The notes: generated by a model from the letters alone, not told the origin. A stretch of DNA of 64,000 bases from Anaeromyxobacteraceae bacterium (GCA_032654565.1 JAULAX010000014.1:1-64000); one strand, 5' to 3'. Positions 49,531 to 59,930 are shown, counted from the stretch's first letter. A program made the numbers and translations.

Positions 49531-50472
49531 ATGGTCTTCGACGCGGTCGTGTTGGCGCTCTGCCTGGTCTCCGACGCAGGACCGGCCAAGGCGCAGCCCG
49601 AGATCCCGCTGCCGCCGCCGCCCGTCAGCGGCCATTTCAAGGCCCTCGAACGTCCAGCCGCCGGCAAGTCCAGGGTGATCCGCGTGGGCGTCCCGGAGCC
49701 CACCGTCGTCGGCGAGGTCTCCCCGCGCGAGCTGGCGGTGCTCTCCCAGGCGCTGGTCACGGAGGTCCGCAAGCTCGACGGCATCGCCGCCATCGGAGTG
49801 GCCGAGATCCGCGAGATGCTCGCGCTCGAGTACCGGCGCCAGATGCTCGGCTGCAGCCAGGACGAGAACTGCCTCGCCGAGATCGCCGGCGCCTTGGGCG
49901 TGAACGAGCTCATCTCGAGCGAGCTGGTGGTGCAGGGCAACACCTCGACCCTCTCGCTCAGTCGCATCGACATGCGGACCACAAAGGTCGTCGCCGCCGC
50001 CCAGAAGCGGCTCGCCCGGCGCAAGGCCGGCGAGGAGGTGCTCGGCGTGATCGGAGAGGTGGTGGCGACGCTCTACGAGGATCGGTCGCTCCGGGCCGGT
50101 GAGCAGCGGGGCGTGGCGCCGGAGGTGGCGCGCTGGCTCAACCCCCCACCGCTCGACCGCTGGGTCTTCTTCACCACCGCCGGCGCGGCGGCCGCGGCGG
50201 CCGCTGGCGGGGCCATCTACGCCAGCAACGCCGACAGCACGCGGAGGAGCTACAACGCCCTCGCCACCGGCGGCGGGACGGTGAGCGGTTCGGAGCTGAC
50301 GCGCCTCAGGAACCTGGCGAGCCAGCAGCAGGGGAGCGCCACCGTCTTCCTGGGCGTGGCGGGCGGGCTGGCCGTAGCGGCCGTGGTGGAGGTCTTCTTC
50401 ACCGACTGGCACGACGACCGGGCAGCGGTCCGGGTCGGGCCGGCCGGGGCCACGGTCGTGGTGAAGTTCTAG
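49531..50472 (+). CDS. Exported myxobacterial protein (TolB_N/CsgG-like domain, C-terminal hydrophobic helices)
   Basis: Signal-like N-terminus; LGCSQDENCLAEIAGALGV; two Gly/Ala-rich helices; terminal Phe. Confidence 0.65.
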   Translation: MVFDAVVLALCLVSDAGPAKAQPEIPLPPPPVSGHFKALERPAAGKSRVIRVGVPEPTVVGEVSPRELAVLSQALVTEVRKLDGIAAIGVAEIREMLALEYRRQMLGCSQDENCLAEIAGALGVNELISSELVVQGNTSTLSLSRIDMRTTKVVAAAQKRLARRKAGEEVLGVIGEVVATLYEDRSLRAGEQRGVAPEVARWLNPPPLDRWVFFTTAGAAAAAAAGGAIYASNADSTRRSYNALATGGGTVSGSELTRLRNLASQQQGSATVFLGVAGGLAVAAVVEVFFTDWHDDRAAVRVGPAGATVVVKF

Positions 50473-50482
50473 GAGGAAGCCG

Positions 50483-53400
50483 ATGCGTACCTTCTTCGCC
50501 CGAATGGGCCCCGTGCTCGCCATCGCGTTGGCCGCGTGCACCTCGCTCCAGGAGGTCTCGCCCGACACTATCATCACCTGCAGTGCGGCCAGCGAGTGCC
50601 CGGGGGGCATGGTGTGCAACCGGGGGCGCTGCGCCAACCCGAGCGCCCTCGACACGACACCGCCCGACATCGTTCCCGGATCCGTCGCCGTGACGCCCGC
50701 TGGCGTGAAGGCGGGTCAAGCCGTCACGGTGACGCTCCAGTCCACCGAGCCGCTCGAGGCCGCGCCCACCGTGGCGCTCGGGCTCATCCCGCCGGTCACC
50801 ATGGCGTGCAGCGCGACCTCCGGCCTGGCGTACACCTGCAGCCACACCGCCACCGGCCACGAGAACGGCGACCTCGGCGGGGACATCGCCATCGACGTGC
50901 GGATGCGGGACCGGGCCGGGAATGACACCGCCCGCAGCAGCGTCGCCACCATCGGCTTCGACTTCGTCCCGCCGTCCCCCACCATCGCCAGCGTCGGCTA
51001 CGACCCGGCCCCGACCAACCCGCTCCCCTCCGTACGGATGGCCACGGCCGGCACGCTCGTCCGGGTGGCGGTCTCGGCCGACGAGAGGCTCTCGACCTCC
51101 ACGCCCTCGGCGCTGATCGGCCGGCTCGGTGGCTCGACGCTCGCGTTCGCGCTGGTCCCGGGCCCGCTCGGCGGCACCGACGCCGTCTTCGAGACGACGG
51201 TTCCGACTGGGCTGGCGGACGGCGACTACGCGCTCGAGGTCTCCTGGACCGACGAGGTTGGGAACCCGGGGACGGCGGCGGTCCCCGGCGCGGTGGTCAA
51301 GGTGAAGACCTCTACGCCCACGCTTGCCGTGAACCAGGACGCCGTGCTCTTCGTCCGGTCGCCCCAGGGGAACGGCTCGCCGGAGCAACTCGGCAACTAC
51401 ACGATCCCGGCGGGCCCGTACTTCGCCATCGAGCCGGCCGACCCGCTCTCGGCTGGCGGGCGCCTGCCCGCCGGGACGTTCCTGCTGGAGGGGGGGCCGG
51501 CTCCGGCAACACCAGCCCGGGTCGTCGTGCAGCTCGCGGCTGCGCCGGGCTCGCTTCAGCTCGGGACGTTGATTCCCGATGACGCCGGGACCTGGCCACG
51601 CCAGCCGCTGGCGAGTCCTGACGTCACCACGGTCTACATCGTCGGGATCGATGAGGCGGGGAACCGGTCGGCTGCAGTGAAGATTGCCAATGCGGAGTGG
51701 GTGGCCACGAGCAACCCGCCGTTGATGGGGACGAGTCCGCATCAGCTCTGCGGCGTGCCGTCGACCTCGCCGACGCGGGTTCAGTACGAGGTCAGTGGAT
51801 TAGCCATTGGGCCCGAGTCGGCAGGTAAGGACGGCCAGTCCTTTCTCACGCAGGGCTGGGCGGAGTGGGAGTTGCGGACCTCTGCAACCGCCACGAACCC
51901 CAATCCACGGCGAGACTCCGCCATGGCCTATGACAGTTCCCGCGGCCGCGTGGTCCTTTTCGGAGGTGACAGCAACGGGAGTTGGATGCAGGACACGTGG
52001 GAATGGAACGGGGGTACCTGGACGAACGTCACTCCCGTTGGAGTTAACCCCAGAATACGGACCGGACATGCCATGGCCTTTGATAGCGCCCGTGACCGCG
52101 TGGTCCTATTCGGAGGTTACGACGGCGGCCGGGGCTTGCAGGATACGTGGGAGTGGAACGGGAGTACCTGGACGAACGTCACTCCCGCGGGACCCAGCCC
52201 TAACCCAAGGTGGCGACATGCCATGGCCTACGATAGCTCCCGCGGTCGCGTGGTCCTTTTCTCAGGTTACAACGGGACATACTTGGACGACACGTGGGAA
52301 TGGAACGGGAGTACCTGGACCAAGGTCACGCCCACTGGAGTCGGTCCCGGAGGACGGTACAGACATGCCATGGCCTATGATAGCTCCCGTGGCCGCGTGG
52401 TCCTATTCGGAGGTTTCAACGGATCCATTCTAGACCTGAATGACACGTGGGAATGGAACGGTAGTACCTGGACGAACGTCACTCCCGCTGGAGCCATGCC
52501 CGACGCAAGGAACGGACATGCCATGGCCTATGATAGCTCCCGCGGTCGCGTAGTCTTGTTCGGTGGTGGAGTCTACTTCGGGCTTAACATGCAGGACACG
52601 TGGGAATGGAACGGGAGTGCCTGGACGAACGTCACGCCCGCGGGAAGCCCCAGCGCAAGAACCGAACATGCCATGGCCTATGATAGCTCCCGCGGTCGCT
52701 TGGTGTTATTCGGTGGTTACGTACTCGAACCTGACATGCAGGAGACGTGGGAATTCAACGGGAGTACCTGGACAAACGTCACGCCCGCGGGAAGCCCCAG
52801 CGCAAGGACCGAACATGCCATGGCCTATGATAGCTCCCGTGGCCGCGTGGTCCTGTTCGGTGGACTCAGCAATACTCTAGTTACTCTAAATCAGGACACG
52901 TGGGAATGGAACGGGAGTACCTGGGCCAACGCCACTCCTGCTGGAGTTAGCCCCAGCGCAAGGAGTCGGCATTCAATGGCCTATGATAGCTCCCGTGGCC
53001 GCGCGGTCCTATTCGGAGGCTCTGGTAACCTTGCTGTCTTTCAGGACACGTGGGAGTGGAACGGGAGTACCTGGACCAACGTAAGCCCTGCAGGCGCCAG
53101 CCCCAGCGCAAGGTACGAACATGCCATGGCCTATGATAGCTCCCATGGCCGCGTCGTCCTATTCGGAGGTGCCAACTCCGCGACTAAAATGCAGGACACG
53201 TGGGAGTGGAACGGGAGTACCTGGACGAACGTCACTCCCGCTGGAGCCAGCCCCAGCGCAAGGTCCGGACATGCCATGGCCTACGACAGCTCTCGTGGAC
53301 GCGTGGTCCTGTTCGGAGGTAGCGGCGGCGCTACCGGCATGAAGGAAACGTGGGAATGGAACGGTAGTGCATGGACGGACGTCACTCCCGCTGGAAACAA

Positions 53401-54103
53401 CGCCAGCGCGCATGACTTACACGCAATGACCTTTGATAGCTCCCGTGGCCGCGTGGTCCTATCCGGAGGATCAAGCGTCCTATTCGAAGGATCGCTGGAC
53501 ACGTGGGAATGGAACGGGAGCACCTGGACGAACGTCACTTCACCCGCTATGGCCAGCGCCAGCGCCAGATACGCACATGCCATGGCCTATGATAGCTCCC
53601 GTGGTCGCGTGGTCTTGTTCGGAGGTAACAGATACGGAGTTTTCATGCAGGACACCTGGGAATGGCAACAAGCCACTCCACTGCAGCCAGCCTTGCAATT
53701 CGATGCCAATTGGGGATTCGCAGCGCCGGGCCTGCCAACCTTCCTTGGCGTCCGCGTCCGTGCCTTCGCCGGCGGCACCTACTATCCCGGAGGAACGTCG
53801 GACGTGGGCGCGACGCTTTACGGTTGGTCCAACCACGATCCCCTGGCTGGCCCTGGCGCGTGGGTCTCGCTCAAGTCCAACACGACCGGGGTAGCCGCCG
53901 CGCAGCCGTACCTCCCGACGGGGAGCGCGAGCCTCATCGACTGGCAGTCTCCCGACGCGGCGACAGCCAGGCGCTTCCTGACGGAGCGGGATGGCCAACT
54001 CTCCTTCCAGGTGCGGCCCTCCGGGCCGATGGGCCCCGACGTCGGCGGCTCCACGGTCGCCCTCGACTACACCGAGGTCCGCGTGCGCTACACGGCACCC
54101 TAG
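50483..54103 (+). CDS. Large lipoprotein with Ig-like stalk and 12 Kelch-like repeats
   Basis: Lipobox LAAC; Cys-rich motif; DRAGN/DEVGN/DEAGN Ig-like ends; 12x HAMAYDSSRGRVVLFGG...DTWEWNG. Confidence 0.88.
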   Translation: MRTFFARMGPVLAIALAACTSLQEVSPDTIITCSAASECPGGMVCNRGRCANPSALDTTPPDIVPGSVAVTPAGVKAGQAVTVTLQSTEPLEAAPTVALGLIPPVTMACSATSGLAYTCSHTATGHENGDLGGDIAIDVRMRDRAGNDTARSSVATIGFDFVPPSPTIASVGYDPAPTNPLPSVRMATAGTLVRVAVSADERLSTSTPSALIGRLGGSTLAFALVPGPLGGTDAVFETTVPTGLADGDYALEVSWTDEVGNPGTAAVPGAVVKVKTSTPTLAVNQDAVLFVRSPQGNGSPEQLGNYTIPAGPYFAIEPADPLSAGGRLPAGTFLLEGGPAPATPARVVVQLAAAPGSLQLGTLIPDDAGTWPRQPLASPDVTTVYIVGIDEAGNRSAAVKIANAEWVATSNPPLMGTSPHQLCGVPSTSPTRVQYEVSGLAIGPESAGKDGQSFLTQGWAEWELRTSATATNPNPRRDSAMAYDSSRGRVVLFGGDSNGSWMQDTWEWNGGTWTNVTPVGVNPRIRTGHAMAFDSARDRVVLFGGYDGGRGLQDTWEWNGSTWTNVTPAGPSPNPRWRHAMAYDSSRGRVVLFSGYNGTYLDDTWEWNGSTWTKVTPTGVGPGGRYRHAMAYDSSRGRVVLFGGFNGSILDLNDTWEWNGSTWTNVTPAGAMPDARNGHAMAYDSSRGRVVLFGGGVYFGLNMQDTWEWNGSAWTNVTPAGSPSARTEHAMAYDSSRGRLVLFGGYVLEPDMQETWEFNGSTWTNVTPAGSPSARTEHAMAYDSSRGRVVLFGGLSNTLVTLNQDTWEWNGSTWANATPAGVSPSARSRHSMAYDSSRGRAVLFGGSGNLAVFQDTWEWNGSTWTNVSPAGASPSARYEHAMAYDSSHGRVVLFGGANSATKMQDTWEWNGSTWTNVTPAGASPSARSGHAMAYDSSRGRVVLFGGSGGATGMKETWEWNGSAWTDVTPAGNNASAHDLHAMTFDSSRGRVVLSGGSSVLFEGSLDTWEWNGSTWTNVTSPAMASASARYAHAMAYDSSRGRVVLFGGNRYGVFMQDTWEWQQATPLQPALQFDANWGFAAPGLPTFLGVRVRAFAGGTYYPGGTSDVGATLYGWSNHDPLAGPGAWVSLKSNTTGVAAAQPYLPTGSASLIDWQSPDAATARRFLTERDGQLSFQVRPSGPMGPDVGGSTVALDYTEVRVRYTAP
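51896..53667 (+). repeat. 12 coding tandem repeats of ~150 bp
   Basis: catgccatggcctatgatagctcccg..gtggtcctattcggaggt..gacacgtgggaatggaacgggagtacctggacgaacgtc framework. Confidence 0.92.
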
Positions 54104-54218
54104 CCTTTGACCGGCCCCCACACCTGGGCCGCACCTGATGAAGCCTGGGTATGACGTCATCCAACAAGCCGAGGTTCAAGGGACATCAGCCGGAAGGTGT
54201 CCTTGGCAGTCCTCACCG

Positions 54219-57200
54219 CTACAGGTAGTCGCACGGGTTGTAGCCTTCGGGCATCACGGCGGTCCCGTAGATCTGGAGGGTATGGGCGGTTTGGTACCAC
54301 GCCGCGCTTTCATACTTGACACGGAATTCGACGTTCTCGCACGGCCCGAGATCGACGGGGCCGACGAGGATGCACTGGAGCCCGTCCCCCGACACCCACT
54401 CCTTGTCTCTCGACTGGATGACGGCCCCGACATTCTTCGCGACATCGAACGTTGCATACGCGCCATCCCCCCAGGCGTCGATCTTGAACCCGACGACGTA
54501 GCGGCCGGCCACGAGGTTGTTCACGTACGGACCGTACTGTGCCATGCAGGAGTTGTGCTGCGCGGGGACGACGTAGGAGTCACCCGACACGTAGGCGTCC
54601 GGGCACGGCGCGCGGCCCCAAACCGGCGAAGCGCCCGTCCAGACCATCCGGTCGGGCAACTGGACCACCTTCATGCAGCCTGTCGCGACGCTGCACACCT
54701 CCGCCCCGAGCTGCGGACCGCATGCCGTGTCGAGCAACCCTTGATCCGGCAGGTAGTAGGCGTCCGTCACGCCGTCGCACGATGAGCCGGGAGGCCTGTC
54801 CCAGATGCCGTCGCAGTTACTATCCGTGCCACAGGTGAGGGCCGCGCCAGGAAACCGCGCAGCATCCTGATCGCAACTGGCCTCCTCCCTCTTCATCCCC
54901 GAGTTCCAAGGAACCCAACCGCCCGTCAGGCTCTCCCCGCAACGCTGTGCCGTAAAGTCGCAGAAGTAGTAGCCGTCGAGGTCCGAGTCCATGCAGGCCC
55001 AGACCGGCGTGCAGGGCGGGGGCATGTAATTGCAGGACGTCGGGTTGGTCGAATCGGGCATCCCGCGCACCATCCAGTCGTTGATCGCAGAGGTCCGGCA
55101 GAACTCCCAGATCTGCCCCTTGTTGGCCGTCGGCGCACCCGGTTGGTGTGCCGCGTAGAGCTCGCACCGCTGGCACTCGTCCCAGGACGACGCCGCGAGT
55201 TGGTCCATCGCGTTGACGAGGCCGCCCTCGCTGAGGCTGCCGCCGGCCACCGACTTCCCTATGAGGTCGGAGACCATCCCGGCAGAGAACCCGATCGCTT
55301 CGTCAGCCAACGTGGTCCGGTTCCACGGCGAACTCCAGAAGGGGAACGACGTGCCAACCCGACCCCACGGCGTCCCTGAGTGGAAGCCGGACGTGTACGG
55401 CGGCTCGCGGTCGAATGCATCGGAGATCATGGTCGCCAGGCGGCCGACCTGCTTGCCGAACACTGATGTGTCCGTCACGTTCGTGTCCATGTCCGGGCCG
55501 AACCCGGCGGAATAGGCCATGCTGCCAATCTGTACCTGGCCTGGAAGCGCGAAGTAGTTCACGCCGCCGACGAACTGGCTGGCGAGGAAGTCCGCCCAGG
55601 CCTCGTTGAGGTAACCCGCCTCGTTCCCCGGGTCGGAGCCCTTGAAGAGCCGCGCCGCCACGGCCCCTTCGTAGGCCTCGCTGCCGGCCGCGTCGATCAT
55701 GCTGCACAGCGCGAGGTGGCCGTACTCATGCGAGAACACGCCGCGCGAGACGGCCGCATCACTGTTCGGAGCTCCGAGAAGGAAGATGTCGTTCTGAGCG
55801 AGCGTCGCCCTGTACAGCTCGAGGGTGATGCCGACCGCGAGCGAGAGTGGCGGGCACCAGCTGAGAGCGGCCATCGCGAGCACGGTGCCATCCATGAATA
55901 GCACGTTGATGAACGTACCCTGCCCATAGGTGAAGCAGGGAACGAACGCCTCGCTCCCGCCGTTCACCTTGGTGAACCAATCCACGAGCTCCCCCGTGAT
56001 GACCTTCGCCTTGCGCGGCGCCTGCCCCACGCTTCCTTGCAAGAACGACCTTGCCTCGGCGCCCTGGGCGAGGATGTTGAAGTAGCCGCTCTGGATCATG
56101 AGCCGGTATGGAGGCATTTCGGCGAACGCGGAGGTGCCGACGAAGCTGCACCACTCCAGCGGCAGGAGCGTATCGCGCACCTCGACCGCATCGTTCTCGA
56201 TCTCGGCACAGATCGAGACAGAAGATCCGATCGCTGCGTCGATCGAGGCCACGCCCCTCGCATCGGTCGAGCCTGAGAACATCATCGGGATAGAAAGGAC
56301 GGAGTACTCGCTCATCAGCATGATCGGAACGTGAGACAAGATCACGCGGGCACCGTCGGAGGACCATGGCCGGACCATCGGCGTGGAGGGATCAGAGTAG
56401 ATCGTTGCGGCGGAGAGGTCGCCACCGAAGCCGGGATCGGTGTTGCGCAGGTCGGTGATGATCTGCATGGACACCGAGCCTTGGTCCCACTTCGCGATCT
56501 CACCAACTCCCTGTTTCACGAGGTAGTCCGTGGCACGCGCGACAGCCGCGAGCGCCTCGAGCGCGTCACCGTCCGTGAACGCCGCCGGCACCTGCCGGAC
56601 ACCACCCGCCCACTTTGGAGCGCGGACAACCGCGGCCGTCCCCGTGGCTTGCGGCCAGGCGCTTGCGATCGTCGCATACGTGAGCGCGCCGGTCGCGTCG
56701 CGTGCGAACGAAGGAGTCTCCTGCAGCACGATCGCCTTGAAGACGGGGTGCCCTTGGAGCGCGTACTGGCGGGCAGCGTTGTAGACGGCGCCCGGGACTA
56801 GAGCGTAGGTGAACGCGCCCGTGCCATCGCCCTGGTGTCGGAAGAAACCCTGGCGACCGCGCCAGCGCTCAAGTTCGTACGCGAAGAGGGGGAGCGGCCG
56901 ATGGAAGAGTCCGAGCTTCGCAAGGGCCTCCCTGTCCTTGTCAGAGCTCACGTAGACGAGCGCGTACCAGACCGTCGGGTGCCCGGCGGCTGTCAACTCT
57001 GCGACCGGCTGCGTCGTGGTCCAATCGAATCCGGCCCGCAGCGCCTTGGTCTCTTCGGGCGACAGTGGGTCATCGAGGTAGCCGCCATTCGGACCGGGCA
57101 CGTTCACGGACGCTACCGACGCCTGCGGCGAGCTGGAGAGCCCAATTGTCAAGCGCGACGCGACGAGCTGATCGTAGGCGACGACGCCACCCGAGCATTG

Positions 57201-59054
57201 CCGGAGCGCGCTGACCGGGAATACCGATCCTGCAGGGCCCCCAGGCGGTCGCCCGTAGCGGCAGACGACGTCCGCGCCGTCGAGCGCTGACCACGTGTCC
57301 CCTGAGTTTTGCGCGCGCCGGCACACGGCGCGTGAGAATGTCAACTCGATGATTGCGGCCGAATCGCCTGCCACTGGGGAGAGTGACGCCGGGACTTCGA
57401 GCACCCTCGTGCCTTCGACAGCGACGACCCTCCCCCCGCCCTCGAGGGCAGTCTGGACACCCTTCGTGATCGAGACACGTGTCGAGCCGTCTCCGATGGC
57501 GCCCGCGTCGCCGACCGGGGCGGGAGGCAGCCCGAGGCACGCCTCCAACGCAAGCGTGCCCGGGAGGTCAGGAGCGCCCCGGAGCCAAGCGACCGCCGCG
57601 TCGAACAGCGCCCATCCACCGCCTGTCAGGGCCATCGACGCGTCAGGAGTGCCGAACCAGGCGAGGCGACGTCCCCGGCCGAAGTCGTGCGTGCGCGGCG
57701 TCCGCCCGGGCGGGACGCGCGACGCGGGCGGGATGGAGTCGTAGGCGAAGAGTCCGGCCTTGCCGGCCGCGACGTCGGCGGAGAAGACCGCCGCGGGAAG
57801 CGGCGCGCCCCACGCAAGCCGAGCGGGCCTCGTCACGACCGAGATCGTCCCTGAGAGACCCGCGGCAAGTGGGTGACTCGTTGGTGGAATCGCTATCTTC
57901 GAGCCGTCCCGGATGATGCCGGCCGCGTCGGCAGTGGCAACCATCCGGAGGGGGTAGAATGCCTCCGGCTGGGCGACGAGCATCGGCGCGGAGAGATCGA
58001 CAAGCGCCGGAAGGATCGTGGCCGCGGTGGCGGTCGTCGACACGAGCCAGAGGTCGCCCGGGCGAGGCGCTGGGGGCTTTCGCGAGTGCGGATCCACGAT
58101 CCGGACGTCGAGGTTCATTGCCTGGAGGTGCTGGGCGACGAGCAGGTCGCCGGTTTCGGCCGACGCATGGTCCGCCACGAGGAGCGCGCGCGGCCGCGCG
58201 GCCCACTGGAACGCCGCTACGAGGAGGGCCTCACCGTCCCGCGAGAGCGCTCCCGGGACCGCGACGCTTGCGAGGAAACCAACGCGCCGCGCGGCTGCCC
58301 AGCCCCGCGCCGTTCGCGCGCCACGCTCGTAGCCCAGGAGGATCGCCTTGGTGGGCTGGCCGACCCGGTGGCCGGCGACGATCGCCGACGGAGCCGGCTC
58401 GATTGGGCTGAGCGCCCGGAAGGACTTGTAGAGCCCTGTCGGACCAGCGAGCCCTGCGCTGAGTGGAGTACCACCGACGACCATGACGGACTTCGCGTCA
58501 GCTGGCGCGAAGGCGCGTGTGCCCAGCCCCAGGTCCATCGCGGCTGATTGCGAGAGCACAACCACCGGAACGGCGGCCCGGGCGAGCACCTCTGGCGCCT
58601 GCCTTACCGTCTCGGAGACGACGACGAGCGAACGGCCGGACAGTGCCTCGGGAGAGAGGCTCGCTGCTTCGGTGACTTCCACAGAGAACCCAGCTTCCAG
58701 GAGGAGGTTCCGCAGCGCATTGTCCTCCGAGCCGAGTTCCTCGTCGTCATGCGAGTCCTCCTCGCGATGGTGCTCCGAGTGGCGCCTTGGTGAGTGCTCG
58801 CGCTCGAGAGTCTCTCCGCGCTCCTTGTCGTCCCGGCACTCGCGTTCATCGTCGCTGTGCAAGTCGCTTCCGCAAGCAGGTCGGCCAGCGGTTACGAGGA
58901 GAGCGTCGTAGGAAGCCGGCCAGAGCTTCTTCCCGACGTTCAGGGCCCGCCCGAGGTGGGCCTTTGGACCGTCACCACAGCCCCCTGCGAAGGTGATGAG
59001 GAGGATGGCAACGAGGGCGACGCTTCGCGACGTAGTCGGCTTCTCGTTCCTCAT
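54219..59054 (-). CDS. Giant multidomain lipoprotein with gluzincin-type HEYGH/NEAWAD metallopeptidase motif
   Basis: MRNEK..LLITFAGGC lipobox (ATG 59054); duplicated N-terminal domain; HEYGH at 55716-55730; DSDLDGY..DSNCDG Cys/Asp motif; YGPY beta-sandwich C-terminus. Confidence 0.75.
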   Translation of the reverse strand: MRNEKPTTSRSVALVAILLITFAGGCGDGPKAHLGRALNVGKKLWPASYDALLVTAGRPACGSDLHSDDERECRDDKERGETLEREHSPRRHSEHHREEDSHDDEELGSEDNALRNLLLEAGFSVEVTEAASLSPEALSGRSLVVVSETVRQAPEVLARAAVPVVVLSQSAAMDLGLGTRAFAPADAKSVMVVGGTPLSAGLAGPTGLYKSFRALSPIEPAPSAIVAGHRVGQPTKAILLGYERGARTARGWAAARRVGFLASVAVPGALSRDGEALLVAAFQWAARPRALLVADHASAETGDLLVAQHLQAMNLDVRIVDPHSRKPPAPRPGDLWLVSTTATAATILPALVDLSAPMLVAQPEAFYPLRMVATADAAGIIRDGSKIAIPPTSHPLAAGLSGTISVVTRPARLAWGAPLPAAVFSADVAAGKAGLFAYDSIPPASRVPPGRTPRTHDFGRGRRLAWFGTPDASMALTGGGWALFDAAVAWLRGAPDLPGTLALEACLGLPPAPVGDAGAIGDGSTRVSITKGVQTALEGGGRVVAVEGTRVLEVPASLSPVAGDSAAIIELTFSRAVCRRAQNSGDTWSALDGADVVCRYGRPPGGPAGSVFPVSALRQCSGGVVAYDQLVASRLTIGLSSSPQASVASVNVPGPNGGYLDDPLSPEETKALRAGFDWTTTQPVAELTAAGHPTVWYALVYVSSDKDREALAKLGLFHRPLPLFAYELERWRGRQGFFRHQGDGTGAFTYALVPGAVYNAARQYALQGHPVFKAIVLQETPSFARDATGALTYATIASAWPQATGTAAVVRAPKWAGGVRQVPAAFTDGDALEALAAVARATDYLVKQGVGEIAKWDQGSVSMQIITDLRNTDPGFGGDLSAATIYSDPSTPMVRPWSSDGARVILSHVPIMLMSEYSVLSIPMMFSGSTDARGVASIDAAIGSSVSICAEIENDAVEVRDTLLPLEWCSFVGTSAFAEMPPYRLMIQSGYFNILAQGAEARSFLQGSVGQAPRKAKVITGELVDWFTKVNGGSEAFVPCFTYGQGTFINVLFMDGTVLAMAALSWCPPLSLAVGITLELYRATLAQNDIFLLGAPNSDAAVSRGVFSHEYGHLALCSMIDAAGSEAYEGAVAARLFKGSDPGNEAGYLNEAWADFLASQFVGGVNYFALPGQVQIGSMAYSAGFGPDMDTNVTDTSVFGKQVGRLATMISDAFDREPPYTSGFHSGTPWGRVGTSFPFWSSPWNRTTLADEAIGFSAGMVSDLIGKSVAGGSLSEGGLVNAMDQLAASSWDECQRCELYAAHQPGAPTANKGQIWEFCRTSAINDWMVRGMPDSTNPTSCNYMPPPCTPVWACMDSDLDGYYFCDFTAQRCGESLTGGWVPWNSGMKREEASCDQDAARFPGAALTCGTDSNCDGIWDRPPGSSCDGVTDAYYLPDQGLLDTACGPQLGAEVCSVATGCMKVVQLPDRMVWTGASPVWGRAPCPDAYVSGDSYVVPAQHNSCMAQYGPYVNNLVAGRYVVGFKIDAWGDGAYATFDVAKNVGAVIQSRDKEWVSGDGLQCILVGPVDLGPCENVEFRVKYESAAWYQTAHTLQIYGTAVMPEGYNPCDYL

Positions 59055-59886
59055 GATCGGACCCCTAATCGACCAGGCGATGGTGAACTCGACTGCCAGA
59101 GGTGGGGGCCATTTTTGCTCGGCGTGAAAACGTCGGAAGGAGAATGGCGGGTTGCCCCGATGGGACTGTGAGTTTGAGTTGTCCGTGCAGAGCTGCATCT
59201 CTCCGTGCAGCTCGCCCTGCCGTCGGGCGCTGGCCCGCGCCGACCTGCGGGCCCGATCCTGGGGTGTTTCTCCCAGCGATCCCTCCCAAGTTGAAACCAT
59301 TGATGAATTGGCCATTTGCCAGTTCTCCTGCGGCTCGCTGATTTGCCTTCTCGCGGCCCACCTGCGGATGCTTTACTCGGCGATGGAGAGGGTCGACATG
59401 GTGCCCTTCTCCGAGGAGTTCCCGCAGGAGACCGTGCCCGCCACATGCACTGCGGCGAGCCAGCGCCGGGATGCCCCGGACATTCCGGGTCAGGCGCCAC
59501 CGAGTGTCCGTTCCACGATTCCCCGTCCTCGCCGTCCGGCTACGATGGCACCAGACATTTCTGGAGCCCCCGGAGCAGCTGCTCGTCGGTCGCATCCGCC
59601 GAGCTCGCGCCATGGGCCCCGCGGGCCACTACCAGCGGATCGCGCTGCCTGCGGAGCGCCTCATCGCGGTCGACGGGGTCATTCACGGCCGAGGGGTCAC
59701 CGACCAGGTCCACCACCTTCACGGCGGCTTCGGCGCGTATGTCGCGCGCCGAGCGGCCTGGCTCACGTTTGCCCCGCGCGTCCGGAGCACAGCATGTCAC
59801 CACTTGGACGCCCGCCCGGGCCGCACCTCGAGAGGTTGCGCGTGATTGGACACAGGCGGACTCCCTTGGACGGCACCGCTTGCCGC

Positions 59887-59930
<44 letters not shown>

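Noticed and set aside
51896..53667. CRISPR array or diversity-generating retroelement in the ~150-bp repeats
   Set aside because: The repeats are in-frame protein repeats with no cas genes. No reverse transcriptase or template repeat is in the window, loops vary in length, and third-position A's are conserved, unlike adenine-specific mutagenesis.
59060..59886. Integrase or other CDS at the island's right end
   Set aside because: No recombinase motifs recognised in any listed ORF; at most an unidentifiable gene fragment
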